Shown: positions 40,375 to 54,250, numbered from the stretch's first letter. The stretch is 64,000 nt of DNA from Octopus sinensis (GCF_006345805.1 NC_042997.1:51336001-51400000); one strand, 5' to 3'. The notes: generated from the letters alone by a model not told the origin. Translations and numbers: made by a program.

Positions 40375-41135
40375 TCATCATTATTTAAAATCAGTTTTCC
40401 ATGCGGGCATGGGCTGGATGGTTTGACATGGAGCTGGCCAACCAAGGAGCAGTCCAGGCTCCATTTGTCTGTTGTGGCATGATTTCTATAGCTGGATGCC
40501 CTTCCTACACCAACCACTTACAGGGGGTATTGAGTGCTCTTTATGTACCACTGGCATGGTTGTGTTCATGCAGCACTAGCAGGAGTGCATTTTATGTGGC
40601 ACCAGCACCTGTAAAGGACAAGCTTGTATGTATGGATGACAGTGATTTCAATTAGCTTGGCGCATCTTCTCAAGTATGGCAAATTGCCACAAATCCCAGC
40701 CCCTTGTCATTTCCTCAGTGAGGCTCAGTGTCTGAAGATCCTTTCTCACCACTTTATCCTACGACTTCCTGGGTCTACCCTTTCCACAGGTTCCCTCCAC
40801 AATTAGAGCTCAGCAATTCCTTATGCATACATATCACATGATCAAACTAATGCAGTCTTCTCTCTTGCACACAGCATCTGATGTCTCTTATACCTAGTTT
40901 TCCTCTTAAATCATTTACACTCTTTTGTGCATGCACACACACATTATCCATCCAGGAGAGCATGCTAGCTTCATTTTTTTCAAGCTGTCAGAAGTCTTCT
41001 GTAGTCGAAGCCCATATTTCACTGCCATGAAGAATGGCTGTACATACACAGGCATCATACAATCTACTTTTCACTCTCTGAGGGAGAGGCTCTTAGTTAC
41101 CCACAAAGGTAGATGTTCTCTGAACTTTGCCCAGC
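40375..41135 (-). mobile_element. Older RTE 3' end with (GAT)n tail
   Basis: Starts catcatcatt...ttttccatgcgggcatgggctggatgg (same UTR family as 7548) and carries the GTCGKGRPRK-like ORF end. Confidence 0.7.
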
Positions 41136-42399
41136 CCATATGTATATAGACACACATGCATGTGTGTATATATATGTGTGTGTTTATATATATATGTATG
41201 TGTGTGTATGCATATATATATGTATGTGTGTGTGTATATATGCATGTGTATATATATATATATGTGTGTGTAAAGGACATGCCTAGATGTATGGATGAAT
41301 ACAATTTTACTTACACATACATGTGTGTGTGTGTGTGTGTGTGTGTTTGTGTGTGCTAAATGCTCCTCCTTGTCAGAAAAGTGCCATCCATTCATTGAGC
41401 TTTGCACAATCATATGCACCCAAGTGGCTCTTCAGTTCAGCTTCCATTCTGCAAGCATGTTGAAACACTTGAACTCCTGACACTGTCTGTCTCCTGACAT
41501 CACTTGCTGAGTTGTGGCTTCATGTATTTTACCAAGCCTGGTCGAGCTGTCAACTGACTAATTTAGCCACTTTCATTACAAATGTGCCCTGGAGGATGTG
41601 GCAGCAGAACCATCTCACAAACTGCTCAGAAGAGATATAAATAGTGGGGATAATGTATTTGAGGCAGAAAAACTGGGAGAATAAGTGGGTAAAAGTCGCA
41701 GGAGTGTACAAGAATGAGAGATGAGGAATAGGTGAGGAGGTCGACATAATGAATGAAGAACAAGCATTGAGTGAATGATCAATAGAGTGGCTAGGGAAGC
41801 ATAAGTGACAACTATACTAATCAGATAGGGTTGAGGGATGGGTACAGTGAATGGTGGATAAGGATTGGGGTGTGGCCAATGATGCATAGGAGTGAAGATT
41901 AGTTGAATGGTAAGGATATTTCACTCACACACACACCACACATGTCTATAAAGCAAGTTTACACCTCTTGGCAATATGACCATGATTTCTTTAAGATCTG
42001 TCATGAGATGAATATCTGGTCAGCAGTGTTGCATTCAGGATAGAAGCCACTCTGTTCTTCAGTTACCTTGAACTTGACAATTTCTTTTCATCTCTTTTCC
42101 AGACACCTAGCATAGACTTTCCCAAGGAGGCTCAACAAAGAGATTCTTCTGTAATTAGAGCACTCTCCCTTGTCTCCCTTTTTAAAAATTGAGACTTTAA
42201 CTCCAGATTGCCATTACTTTCCAGTAGTCTCAGTCACCTGGCATACATGAATCAACTAGAAAATAATTTCTTTATTTATGGCCACCAGACCCACATATGT
42301 CCACCAGGAGATTTTGTTATGACTGGATTTATGAGATCAGCACAGTATTCTTTCTACCTCCCAAGTAATCTCTTTTCTTTAGGGAGGAAAGCTCCAGCT

Positions 42400-42680
42400 G
42401 AGTTCTTAATGTGGAAGAGGGCTCCTCTTTACATGAACATCTTGTACAAAATCAAAATGGTCCTAGACACTAGCAAAATCTATCAGTGACCTCTGTGTCA
42501 AAGTATCCCTGCACCAAGTATACTTATGGATGTCGTTATGTTGAAAGAAGGTGTTCATAAGAGAGAGCTCATTTCCTGCACAGAACTCTAGTAAGGCCTT
42601 GTTATTCATATTGAGTTCACAGTTGCCATTTCTCCCAATCATCCCTTTCCATGCCCAGTGATCATCTGCAATGGAATGTT
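42400..42680 (-). mobile_element. RTE-type APE endonuclease fragment
   Basis: WKGMIGRNGNCELNMNNKALLEFCAGNELSLMNTFFQHNDIHKYTWCRDTLTQRSLIDF. Confidence 0.8.
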
Positions 42681-43547
42681 GCATGATTACTCATATGGAT
42701 TCCCAGATCATGCACTGATTCTGACTCTGGGATAGCACTGCCCCTTAGTCCTGATAATAGTTTTTACTCACCTCTGTGTTGTTAAATAAATTATGTAACA
42801 ACTACCAAACAAGTTGAATGACACTTTCTTTTGTTTGTTCACTTGCGTATTTACATGTATGTGTGTGTGTATGTACATACATGCATACACACATACAAAT
42901 CCAACTCATTTGTTACCATCTCCCATTCCTGCTTTGACTCTTGTTCTTCATTAAGAATATTTATACCCCCTACCCTATCACTTATCATCCCTCACTTTCA
43001 CTATACATTCTTGTTATGACTCTCAAATCTCCCTTCCTGTTCTTCCACCAGTGCTTATCCTGATATCTTGTACTCACTCTTGCATAGTGTGAGCAGCCAT
43101 ATATCACCTTTACACCATAATACCTGTTCCAGCTCCTTCTTTTGTACACTAGCCTTTCATCACCTTGCATAAAGCCATCTCCTCTTTATTGTAGCTGTGT
43201 TCATTTGGTGGGGATTTTAGTCTTGTGAGCTACATTGCAGCCTCACTACTGCTTGTGCTACGAAAAGCACCCTGTTCACTCTGTAAAGTGATTAGCTTTT
43301 GGAAGGGCATCCATCTATATAAGCCATGTCAGTGCAGACATTGAATCATGAGGCAATAAAACCATCCAACCCATGCCAGCATGGGAGTCAGATATTAAAA
43401 GATGGTGGTGATGATAATGTTTATGTAATATATATGTGTGTATATGCGAGAAAGTGTGTATGTATGTGTATATGTTTAATATGTGAGTGTATTGCGTGTG
43501 TGTGTTATATATATATAGAGAGAGATAGATAGATACACACATATATG

Positions 43548-43597
<50 letters not shown>

Positions 43598-43715
43598 CTT
43601 ACATATACACACACACATGCACACACACATATACAGTAGTACCTGGTTTTTTAACAACTCTGATCGCAAAACAAATCTTGCTTTATATATATATAGATAT
43701 AAAGATAGATATATA

Positions 43716-43746
<31 letters not shown>

Positions 43747-45468
43747 GTATATAGATATAGATATATAATTTATTCATGATCAGAGGCATTCGTAAACTGA
43801 GGTACTTCTATATAAATGAATATGAGAAAGACAGGAGATAAAGTATGATTTATTTGTGATCCAAGAAAACCAAGTTTCTTCTGTATATATTAAAAATAGG
43901 GAAGGTCGGTTTATATATAATATACATGTGATATGTTTATAAATTTATCATCATCACCATTTCATGTCTGCCTTCCAGCTGACCACTTCTTTTGTTTTGC
44001 CTCACTAAATATATTCATTTAGAACATTGGTTTTGTATATTAATTTTTCTAATTTGTAAGTAACATTGTTTATGATTATGATAAAAACAGGAAATATATG
44101 GTGTAACCTATATTCCTAAATGTCTTAACTCTACTATTAATTTTCCAAATTAAGAATTTCTTCAGTCATTTTTTTAGATATTAGGAGTGGGGGGGTTATG
44201 CCATCCTCACATATTTCATAATTTTTGTTTCTTTTTCTATGTTATATTTACAATTAGGAATGAGATTTGAGGGAAATTTGTGAAAATCATTATTGCTAAG
44301 GCTATCGTTAATTAAAGAGTACAATGTTAATATTTCATTTTTATATATATCTGAATTCTCAAGTAAAGATCTTATATGTTTGTATTGATATTTAATTCAG
44401 GAAATGTATGTTTGTTGTTGGAATGCTGTTAAGTTGAATTTAAAATAATTATGAAAAGTCTGGTATAGCTTTTTGCTTCTATCTCTCTATCTCATTTATG
44501 TTTATGCATGAATTTATAAAACTGTATTTATTTGTCAGGTTTTCTTTTGTGATTATTGCCATTGAAGGGTTAAATTACTTTTCTATTTCTTTTTGTACTT
44601 TACATCACTTTATATTTACCTTAGCCTTTTTACTTCCATCTTCTAAAACAACTATGAGCAGCATGCTTGTTCATGTTAGGTAATATTTAAGAGGAACTTC
44701 ATTGCATTTTGGGATACTTTGTCTTTATCTTTTCAGTGTTACTTGTTATGCTACTTTTTAAGAAGAGTTGAATATTAATCACATCAATATTTCATGTTTA
44801 TATATTCCTTGTCAAATTTATTTATAATCATTTTTATCTTCTATCTTCAATCTCTATGCTTTTGGTTTATTCTATCCTTCATATTTGAAGCATTTTCTTA
44901 CTGCATTTTAAAACATTTTATCAAGTCAATATTTACAGCTTAAAATGGAAAGTAATAATTTTATGAAATGATATTTCTCAGATTATATATTTCAAAATTT
45001 TTAAACATCTAGCTAATGTTGACAAAGAATAATGATATGCTTATTCATAACTCTTATCTTTCTTATCAGCTACATAATTTTAACATTATTTTCAGATATC
45101 TAAACATTTTATAAATCTTGTATTATTGTATTTCAATGGCATCAAAAATTCTGATTATTTGAAGAAAAGTAGTATCTAGTTGTAGTTATTCTAGTGTTAA
45201 AGGTATTGTCACATATATCTTAATTAGCAGTTCTTTTATGCACTTCACATTTTCACCTTCTTTCATTCTCTATCTGTCACTACACACCAAATCATATATC
45301 CACATGCATGCATAAAATCTGTACTTGTCAATTTGTATTTTTGTTTGTTTTTTTTTTATATAAGAGTAGTTGCCAAATTTGAAAATTTGTTCAATCAGTT
45401 CTTTATTGAATCAGATAGTTATTATACAATTAAGTTTTTCTCATTATATACATACATATATGTATGTA

Positions 45469-45522
<54 letters not shown>

Positions 45523-45532
45523 AATATACATG

Positions 45533-46353
45533 CATGATCTGATCAATAAGTATCTGGACCATGCCGTTGCCATAGTAACAAAGCTAAAGCATGCAGAGTG
45601 AAGCCACCTGACACAGATTGACCTTGAACATTCTAACTCACTTCCACTGTTTACAGGAGTGCTTAAAAGGAAGTTGTGTAGTGTTTGATCATTGCATTGA
45701 CCATGACAGAAAGTTGGTGATACCTGCTCAGAGGCCTATGCAAAGTTTTCAAAAAGTTTACATTTTTCTCAACACAACCAAAGAGATCGTGTGCAACTGA
45801 GTGTCTTTTTGGTCAGCTGAAAATAGTTTTGGCACAAATTTTGCAGACATGCATCTCATACCCAAATCGTCAGTGATGATGGACTGAACCATAACTAATC
45901 TCCACATCCTCTGATAACTCATGGATGGTCATTTGATGATTTCTCCTCACAGATGCATGCACATCAGTAACGTTTTCCTCATTTCTGCTGGTTGCAGGTT
46001 TCCCAGAAAGTTCGTCAATACAGACATTTTTTTTGTCCATTTAGGAAATGTCTGAAACACTGATACACTTCTGTATGACTCATACACTCATCTCCATACA
46101 CTTTCTGCAACTTTGCGTAGTTCTCTGAACAGGTATTTGACATGACAACTTTCTCTATCATAGTGAATGCAAAAATCACATACTACACACCTTCTTACCA
46201 AGCACTGCTGTAAACAGCAGAAGTGAGCTACAGACTTAAAACTTTCTACACATGCACAAGAGTACAAGTTCAATTTTCGCCAAGCAGCTTTACTCTGTGT
46301 GCTTTAGCTCCATTACTATGGCAACAGTCCGGATATTTATTGATCAGACCTTG
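45533..46353. mobile_element. Non-autonomous mariner derivative made of two inverted 5' ends
   Basis: Termini tctgatcaataagtatctggac / gtccggatatttattgatcaga. The minus part encodes KLQKVYGDECMS..., SGKPATSRNEENV... and MSAKFVPKL (mariner HTH and linker). The plus end repeats the same 5' UTR and ORF start. Confidence 0.8.
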
Positions 46354-46531
46354 TGTGTGTATATATATATATATATAATATATATATACACACATACATA
46401 CATATATATACATGTATGTATATATATTTATATGTATACATATATATATATTTAACATATATTTACACACACACATATACAGATTTGTGTGTGTGTGTGT
46501 GTGTGTGTGTCTATATTTTTATATATATCTG

Positions 46532-46590
<59 letters not shown>

Positions 46591-46609
46591 ATGTATGAAT
46601 ATAAATTTG

Positions 46610-46641
<32 letters not shown>

Positions 46642-47109
46642 TGTATATATATATGTATATATATATATATATGGAGGCGCAATGGCCTAGTGGTTAGGGC
46701 AGCGGACTTGCGGTCGGAGGATCGCGGTTTCGATTCCCAGACCGGGCGTTGTGTGTGTTTATTGAGCGAAAAAAACACCTAAAAGCTCCACGAGGCTCCG
46801 GCAGGAGGTGGTGATCCCTGCTGTACTCTTTCACTACTCTAAAGGCGGTGCTCCAGCATGGCCGCAGTCAAATGACTGAAACAAGTACAAAAAAAAAAAA
46901 AAAAATATATACATATATTTATATACATATATGTATATATATGTATATACATACATATCTGTATATATGTGTGTGTCTGTATATATATATATATACATAT
47001 GAATATCTGTATATATCTGTATATATGTGTGTGTGTGTATATATATGCATATATGTATGTATATATATTTGTATGTATATATATGTATATATATATAAAA
47101 ACATATATG

Positions 47110-47196
<87 letters not shown>
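46354..47196. repeat. (TA)/(TG)/(CA) microsatellite block interrupted by a SINE
   Basis: Direct inspection. Confidence 0.9.
46673..46905 (+). mobile_element. Young tRNA-derived SINE with A-rich tail (mosaic)
   Basis: A box TGGCCTAGTGG, B box GGTTTCGATTCC, high CpG content and a poly(A) end. The last ~50 nt match the 3' tail of the 12834-13240 family. Confidence 0.85.
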
Positions 47197-47199
<3 letters not shown>

Positions 47200-47876
47200 T
47201 GCAGTTATTAACTGACTTGTAATAAACTACTCATTCTTTTGATTTAGCCTATAAAATTACTATATACAGCATTTCTTTAATTATCATGCAATTTTGCTCT
47301 TGATATAATTTTATTGTCTAATTAAGTACCTATCTATATTTCTAAAGTAAATAGAAAATAAGTTTCTGCTGCCTTACACTTGCATAAATAGGATACCAAT
47401 GAATGTTTTTATTCATATTAAATTAGATGATTAGAAAGATCAATTCTATTTCATTTATTTAACATGTAAATATTTTTGGTTGGTTTTATTTTTTTTTACA
47501 TTTGCTAAGATAGAAATATATTATAGGAACTTTTAAATAAAAATTTATTTTTTATTATGACATTAAAATCCATATCATGGTATTGTTATTTGCCAATTAT
47601 GGATTTGTAAAGAGCAAAAGTTAATTTAATTCAGTTAAAACTTCCTATCATCCTTGTCAAAACTGCAGTGTATATTAGAAAATTATTAATGAATTTTATA
47701 ATGAAATCAAATCGAATAGTACAACTAGAGTATTTTACCACAAAGATCTTCCTTGTAAATTAACTCTACTTTCATAAAATGGAAATTAAATTTTCACTAA
47801 AATATATTTTTTAATCAGTTTCATATCATGAAGACTATATCTGAAATGTGGTATTTCTTCTAAATATGATAAAATC

Positions 47877-48013
47877 ATTATTATTACTATTATTATTATT
47901 ATTATTATTGCTGTTGTTGATGTTGTTGTTGTTGTAATATATTATTACTACTACTAGTGCTGCTGCTACTACTATTACTATTATTACTACTACTATTACT
48001 ATTATTATTACTC

Positions 48014-48065
<52 letters not shown>

Positions 48066-48066
48066 G
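47877..48066. repeat. Compound trinucleotide tract (ATT/GTT/ACT/GCT/ATT)
   Basis: Direct inspection; ends about 350 bp upstream of the CADPS exon at 48419. Confidence 0.95.
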
Positions 48067-48418
48067 AATAATGTTTTTAGAAAAATTTAAGGTCAATAAA
48101 AATAAACATATTCACCTTACAGTCTTAATATTTGAAAATTAAACTATTTTTAAATGAAATAAATAATTAACGTCATTCATTTTTCAAAACAAAAATAGAT
48201 TGCATTACTTCAGTTTTTCCCATTATATATGTGATTTCAACATATGGTTCAAAAATTGTTGCTTGTTATTCAGTAAATTACTTAAAGTGTATTCTTTCTG
48301 TAAATTCATATCCTTTAGTTAGTTTGTTGTTTGTAAATTATCTTTTCTGAATTATAATCTCTAATAATTTTTTTTTTAAATCTGTTTTCTAACGTCCTAA
48401 CTATTACTGCCATTTTAG

Positions 48419-48575
48419 GCATTTGCCTGGTTCAGTGACTTGCTGGTTGAACACACAGAATTATTCTGGTCACTTTTTGCTGTAGACATGGATGCAGCAT
48501 TAGAAATGCAAGCACCAGACACCTGGGACAGTTTCCCTCTGTTCCAGTTGTTAAATGATTACTTAAGAAATGACG
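48419..48575 (+). CDS. CADPS: Coding exon of calcium-dependent activator protein for secretion (CAPS/CADPS, unc-31), C-terminal Munc13-homology region
   Basis: Acceptor cattttag|GCA and donor GAC G|gtaggt; 157 nt. Translates [52 protein letters not shown], recognised as the conserved CAPS motif ([20 protein letters not shown]...[16 protein letters not shown]). Confidence 0.97.
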
Positions 48576-50087
48576 GTAGGTCTTTATTTATTTATTAATA
48601 TAATATTCTACCATAGCAAATATTTGATTTTTTTAGAAATGTATTTGATATTATATGAATATATGCAACAGACAAGTCATCAAAAGTTTAGACAGTTGCT
48701 AGACCTGTCTGAATATTTATATTTAGGTAATGGAAATTATCATTAGATAATGTATTATTTTTGATAAATCCAGTTTTGATAAAATTATAAATGGTTACAA
48801 GTATTTTTGGTTTTTATATGTACATAGTTAGTTTTCATACATGCATATATATGTTATTAGGAATAAGGATAGACCATGACTACTGGAGTTCTGTGAAGCA
48901 AATGACCTAACCATCTACAACACTAATTTAAGGAAACCAGCCAACCACCTTTTTACCTACTTGTCAAACACACAAGCCAAGTAGACTACATACTTACCAA
49001 AAAATACACCAAACTGCTGGTTCAGATTACCAAGACATTAAACAATGTACCACTCAATGTAGTCTAGGACAAGAGCTAGACAGTCTCATTGGCAAGACAA
49101 TCTGGCAAAGGAAGATATAGAAGCTAAAAGACCTTGTGGCAACATATAATTTCAGTGATGTACATGTTGGTACAATGAGAATGAAGAGGAGATAGAGACA
49201 TACAACATAGAAGACAACTAGGAGTTCCTACATGTCTACTTGCTGTGGCCTGATCTTTGCTTGAGAAGGATTTCAGGCTGATAGAAAGAAATGTGCTAGT
49301 AAAAGAAACCAGTAGGGGCAAAGAACAGTATAAAATTTATAGAGAATAAGGTAGATACCAGTATACTTTGCAAAAGTTTCAGTTAAAAGTAAGAAATTAT
49401 GTGGTGTGAGGTATTCCAAATGGCATAGCAATGTATCAGAGAGAAATGTGATGTAGTGGAAGAATATTTACAGAATGATAGCAGAACACTTTCACTCCCA
49501 AAGGAAAGAGGTATGGAAGTACTCAAGAAGGAAAATGCATGAAAAAGTGAGAAAAGCTTCCTCAAATAGTCACAATAGATGGACCAGCCTTCAAAGCTTT
49601 ATGCTATAATCAAATACTGAAAATGGATCATGAAAGGTAGTTGCTAAAATTGCAAATCAACAATTTAGCATAACTGATAGCTTTCATGATGATATATCAT
49701 GTGAGTGTATGTGTGTATATTTATACATATGTATACAGATGTAAATATATTCATATATATATGTGTGTATGCGTGTGTGTTTAGCTGCATATCTATACAT
49801 TTATCATTTATATATATATATATATATCTCATTGTCATTATTTTAATGTCTACTTTTCCATGCTTGCATGGGTTAGACACAATTCACTGAAGCAGATTTT
49901 CTATGGCTGGATGCCCTTCATGCCACTAATCATCACATTCCCACATGACTAAACAGGTTTTCACTGAGGGTGAGGAGCAAACAATATTGCTTGTATGATG
50001 GTGATACTCATTTTGTGACCATCATGCAATGTTAAGACAAGGAATCACAAACACACACATGCTTGTAGACATACACACACAATTGAA

Positions 50088-50237
50088 TGAGCTTCTTTCA
50101 CATTCCATCAATCAAATCCATTCACAAGGCTTTGGTTGGACTGAAGCTGTTGTAGAAGATACTTGCCCTAGTTACCATGCAATAGAATTGAACCTGAAAG
50201 CATGCGGTTGGCAAGTGAATTTCTTAACCACACAGCC
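50088..50237 (-). mobile_element. Same SINE family, diverged 5' half
   Basis: gcttctttca...cacaaggctttgg...tagaagatacttgcc...accacacagcc. Confidence 0.7.
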
Positions 50238-50404
50238 TAACACACATGTATCATATATATGTGTATATACATTATAGATATATGTATAAATGTATATATA
50301 ACAGAGAAAGTAAACTTTGTTTATGGAAGATGCACAGGAGCAATAAACACAAGAATGCACAGAAAAATTAATTTTCTCAAATACACAAAGGGATCCTTAG
50401 AGGG

Positions 50405-51000
50405 AGTGTATAGTTTCTGTTACCTGGATGACTTGATTAACTGTGGAGGAGGATACTCTGAAACTATAATCGACAGAATATGAATAGGATGGTGAAAGTT
50501 CAATGAGCTACTATCTCTGTTGGTAAAAAAAAGGTCTCTCCCCCCACTCTCTTTCTCAGAGCGAAAGGCAGATTGTATGATGCTTGTATATGATCAAAAA
50601 TGCTACATGTTAATGAAATGTGGGCCATGAATGCAGAAGACATGTGAAGACTAGAAATAATGAAGCTAACATACTCTGCTGGGCATGGAACATCAATCTG
50701 CATGTATGACAAAGTGCAAATGGATTCAGAGAAAAATTATGCATAAGAGACATCAGATGTACCATAGAAGAAAAACAACTACACTGGTATAGTCATGTGA
50801 TAGATATGAATGAGGACAGCTGCATACCAAAGTGCCAGTCACTAAATGTGGATGGAACTCATGGAAGTGACAGACCTAGAAAGAAGTTATATGAAGTAGT
50901 GAAGACCAGGCTCAGGTTATTGAATGTCATGAAGCTGATGACAAAGAACCACCAAGAATGGCAACTTGCAATACTTGAGAAGACCAACCCATCTCAGTAA
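50405..51000 (+). mobile_element. Degenerate RTE 3' ORF fragment inside the CADPS intron
   Basis: FCYLDDLINCGGGYSETII, AKGRLYDAC and VDGTHGSDRPRKKLYEVVK. Confidence 0.75.
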
Positions 51001-53749
51001 AAATGAAATCCTAAAAACATATTGTTAATGTCTTGCCCCCAAAACCCAATCTATACTTGTCAAACTTCCCAACAATTCATCTATATAACATCAATACTTC
51101 CTTCATTTCTCTAAATATGGCACTATTTCCACAGTAGATGTATTTATATGTCAGGAGAGCTGCACATATTCCACTCCTTTTTTCTGTACTACAAGTAAAC
51201 CTCTTTGGAACCACTTTATTTACACTGAATACCCTTCCATCCCATGAACACCATCTTATGTATGTCATCAATGTGTCCTCCACCTATCCTTTATTGTAAC
51301 TCACTATATCCACCATGTGTGCCTCTGATCTCTGTCTATGTTCTTCTTTCCTCTTTACCACACTTCTACAGTTTTATTATACTATTGTTCTCCAGCCCAC
51401 CTTTATACTTTACTTCCTATCATGTCCTCTTTCACCTATACCTATTTTCTTTCCATTCCTCCAAACAGATTTACTATTGACTACACCACCACCCATGTTT
51501 ACCATTTAATTTATTCACTTTTATCCTTATCTCTACTGTCAGCCACTTTCCTTTCTCACTCTTGTGAACCTACCTACCCAACCACCCTCAATTCACTATC
51601 CCTACTCTCTCTCTCTCTTTCTTTATCCACCTTATTGTACCTTGAGAGTACACCCTAACACAATATTTATCAGAGTGAGACAAAAAAATCATCCCAGTAG
51701 CAGCTTGTGAGACTGCCAGTTGTATTTAAATTCCCATTTTAGGTCAAGGTTCAGGTTCCTCATTTCATCACTCCAGTTGGCAGTGTCAGAATGGTAAGCT
51801 TTTTAATGCATCTGACATATGAAGAAGTTGGTTTTTTGTATGAATAGTTTCATATCATTGGTCCTCACAGGTATCCAGATATTCTTCAGGGAAACATTTA
51901 TGTGCAGTTTCTCCATCCAGGAGGTAATCAGTTGTTGGTGCTCGAATAAATGTATTTCTGCTTCTAACCTTAATAATATTAAGGTTGTATGATGTAACAC
52001 TGTTAACCTTCTCAATCTAGTGGATCAAAGTGAGCCTTATTTGCCTATGATACCCCAAATGATCCTAAAGGACCAGAAACCTAACCTTGATTGTAAACCC
52101 ATTGTTAGGCTTATCTGTTCCCTGAAGATAATGTAGAAATAACTTATTCAGTCAGTACACTGTTAAATTCTTGTACTCCACCACATCTAATTTAGCTGAT
52201 AACAGAGCCACTATTAATAATAGGATATTAAACATTAGAAATTATGTATATGATTCTAATTAGCCTTGTAGTTTTTGTCTGTCTCTAGCTCCTCCATTAA
52301 TAATACATCTCAGTCTAACATGAATAGTATAGATTCCAAGCTTCTTCTAAACAATAGAATTAGTAACATACAACTACTAATTCTTCACTGCCTTCTCTCT
52401 TCTCATAATTCTTTCTTTGATGATACTTTTGACATATACATTCCCCCTAATTAAAGCCTCTTTGAGAATATCTCTACATTCACTGCTACCATACCCAAAT
52501 TTAAATAGACAGCCTATTACAATGTCCATCTTTTGTCTTTCCTATACTAGTTGGATTTGCCATTACAATTAGTTATCTAGTAATATATGCATCTTTCTGT
52601 CTTTTAAATTCCTTACTTCATGCTTTTTCTTTGCATGTCAATATAGTTACTTTCTTGCTACATCATTCTAAGACCAGCTAATTTTATTTATAACTGTACT
52701 TATCCACATGCAAGTGTATTACACCATCTGAAAATCATGATGACAAGATTGGGTTACATTTAATATTGTATGAAGTTGCATAATCATTGCTTATATTAAA
52801 TGATTTATCTGTCCCACCTTTTATTGAAATGATTGTGACTGGATAATAAATATGATACCAATATCTTCATTCCTTTACTTGTTTTATGCTATACTCTGTG
52901 ATAGTAGAAAATTTACTAGATTTTCAGTTTGTGTGGGACACTTGGGATTCACTAGGATTTTTTCCTTCTATACATTCTCTTAGCTTGGGGTTTGCAGGAG
53001 TACTGAGAAATGTAATCACCTGGATTTCACTCATCCTTTTTTATGTACTATCTGTCTATATACATATATCCATCATACATGCATAAACATATATCTCAAT
53101 CTGTGTATCCTATTTAATGTAGATACATCACAGGAAACCACATTAACTTCAGTATTCCTCTTGAGATATCTCTTATGGAAGTATAGCATCAAATAACACA
53201 TGAATATATCAGTAGCTGATGAAAATCATTTAGATGTGGTTGTAGGAATATCAGATGTGCATTTCTGCTCTTTTGCACTTTATCAGTAGCAAGTACCCAC
53301 TGGTAACTGCATGCAAAGACAAAATCCATTGTTGCTAATACAGGAAAATAGTGATTGAAAAATCATTGATGTTGTAACTAGCTGGCTGTCTGAATTGAAT
53401 TAAAATCCATTTTGTGCAACAGATGTGTCTGATACACAGTATGATGCACAGATTGCTCCATCAACACATATCATGATAGCACAATCAGATAGAAAGCTAC
53501 TAATACAAGAGATGAGATGCAAGTGAAATGCATAGGTGAGCAGTTTTGATACAAGATTTTTGTACCAAACATGGCTGTTAGTTTTGCTGGTTCAAGGGCA
53601 TTATTTTCATCAAATTACTCTTAGAAAATCCACTGGCGGATGTCATAGAGGAGTAGGTTTTCAGTGAATCTGGCTTTACAGGAATTGTACTGGTGGTTGT
53701 TAAGGAGAAAGCTTCAAGATTTTGGAGAATGTCATCATTAATGTTTGTC

Positions 53750-54250
53750 TCCATTATCTTTGAGGTATTGAAAGTGAGTACATTAGCATGACATGTGACA
53801 GGGTTGTGGGTGCATGTTGCTTTCTTGGCACTGAGACAAACTGTAGTATTATTCCAAAGTTTCTCTTTGTAGAGGAGAAACTGAAGTTTAGGGAGTACAG
53901 GTGATAACTCTTATATGCAATGTTTGAAAGTAATGGTAGAGACCTCATCAGAATCATTGGCCAGTTTGATGTGAAGCAACCAAAACCATGTGTACATGCA
54001 AGGTGGTGAACTGAGTGGAGTAGAAGGGAAGAGATTTGGAAGAGATTTGTCCAGTGTGTGCTGTTTGGAGTTGGATGCAAAATAGACAGCAAATGTGGGA
54101 GTACTGCTTAGAGAAGAGAAGGAAAAAGGAATTCTGCAAAGTAGGTGGAGATTCTTTTGGCAAGAAGGACTGGCTGCAGTTTGGGAGGTGGGGTAGCTTG
54201 AGTGTCACATGATGCATGAAAACATCCTCTGCTGTCTAGTTTTGGAAAGT
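53750..54250 (-). mobile_element. Very old LINE endonuclease-like fragment (tentative)
   Basis: More GC-rich, codon-like island with only weak APE-like remnants; no clean motif. Confidence 0.3.

Noticed and set aside
46673-46745. tRNA-like sequence with A and B boxes
   Set aside because: No complete cloverleaf; it continues into a SINE body and A tail.
47905-48096. Poly-N/S/Q ORF on the minus strand
   Set aside because: Translation of the trinucleotide tract.
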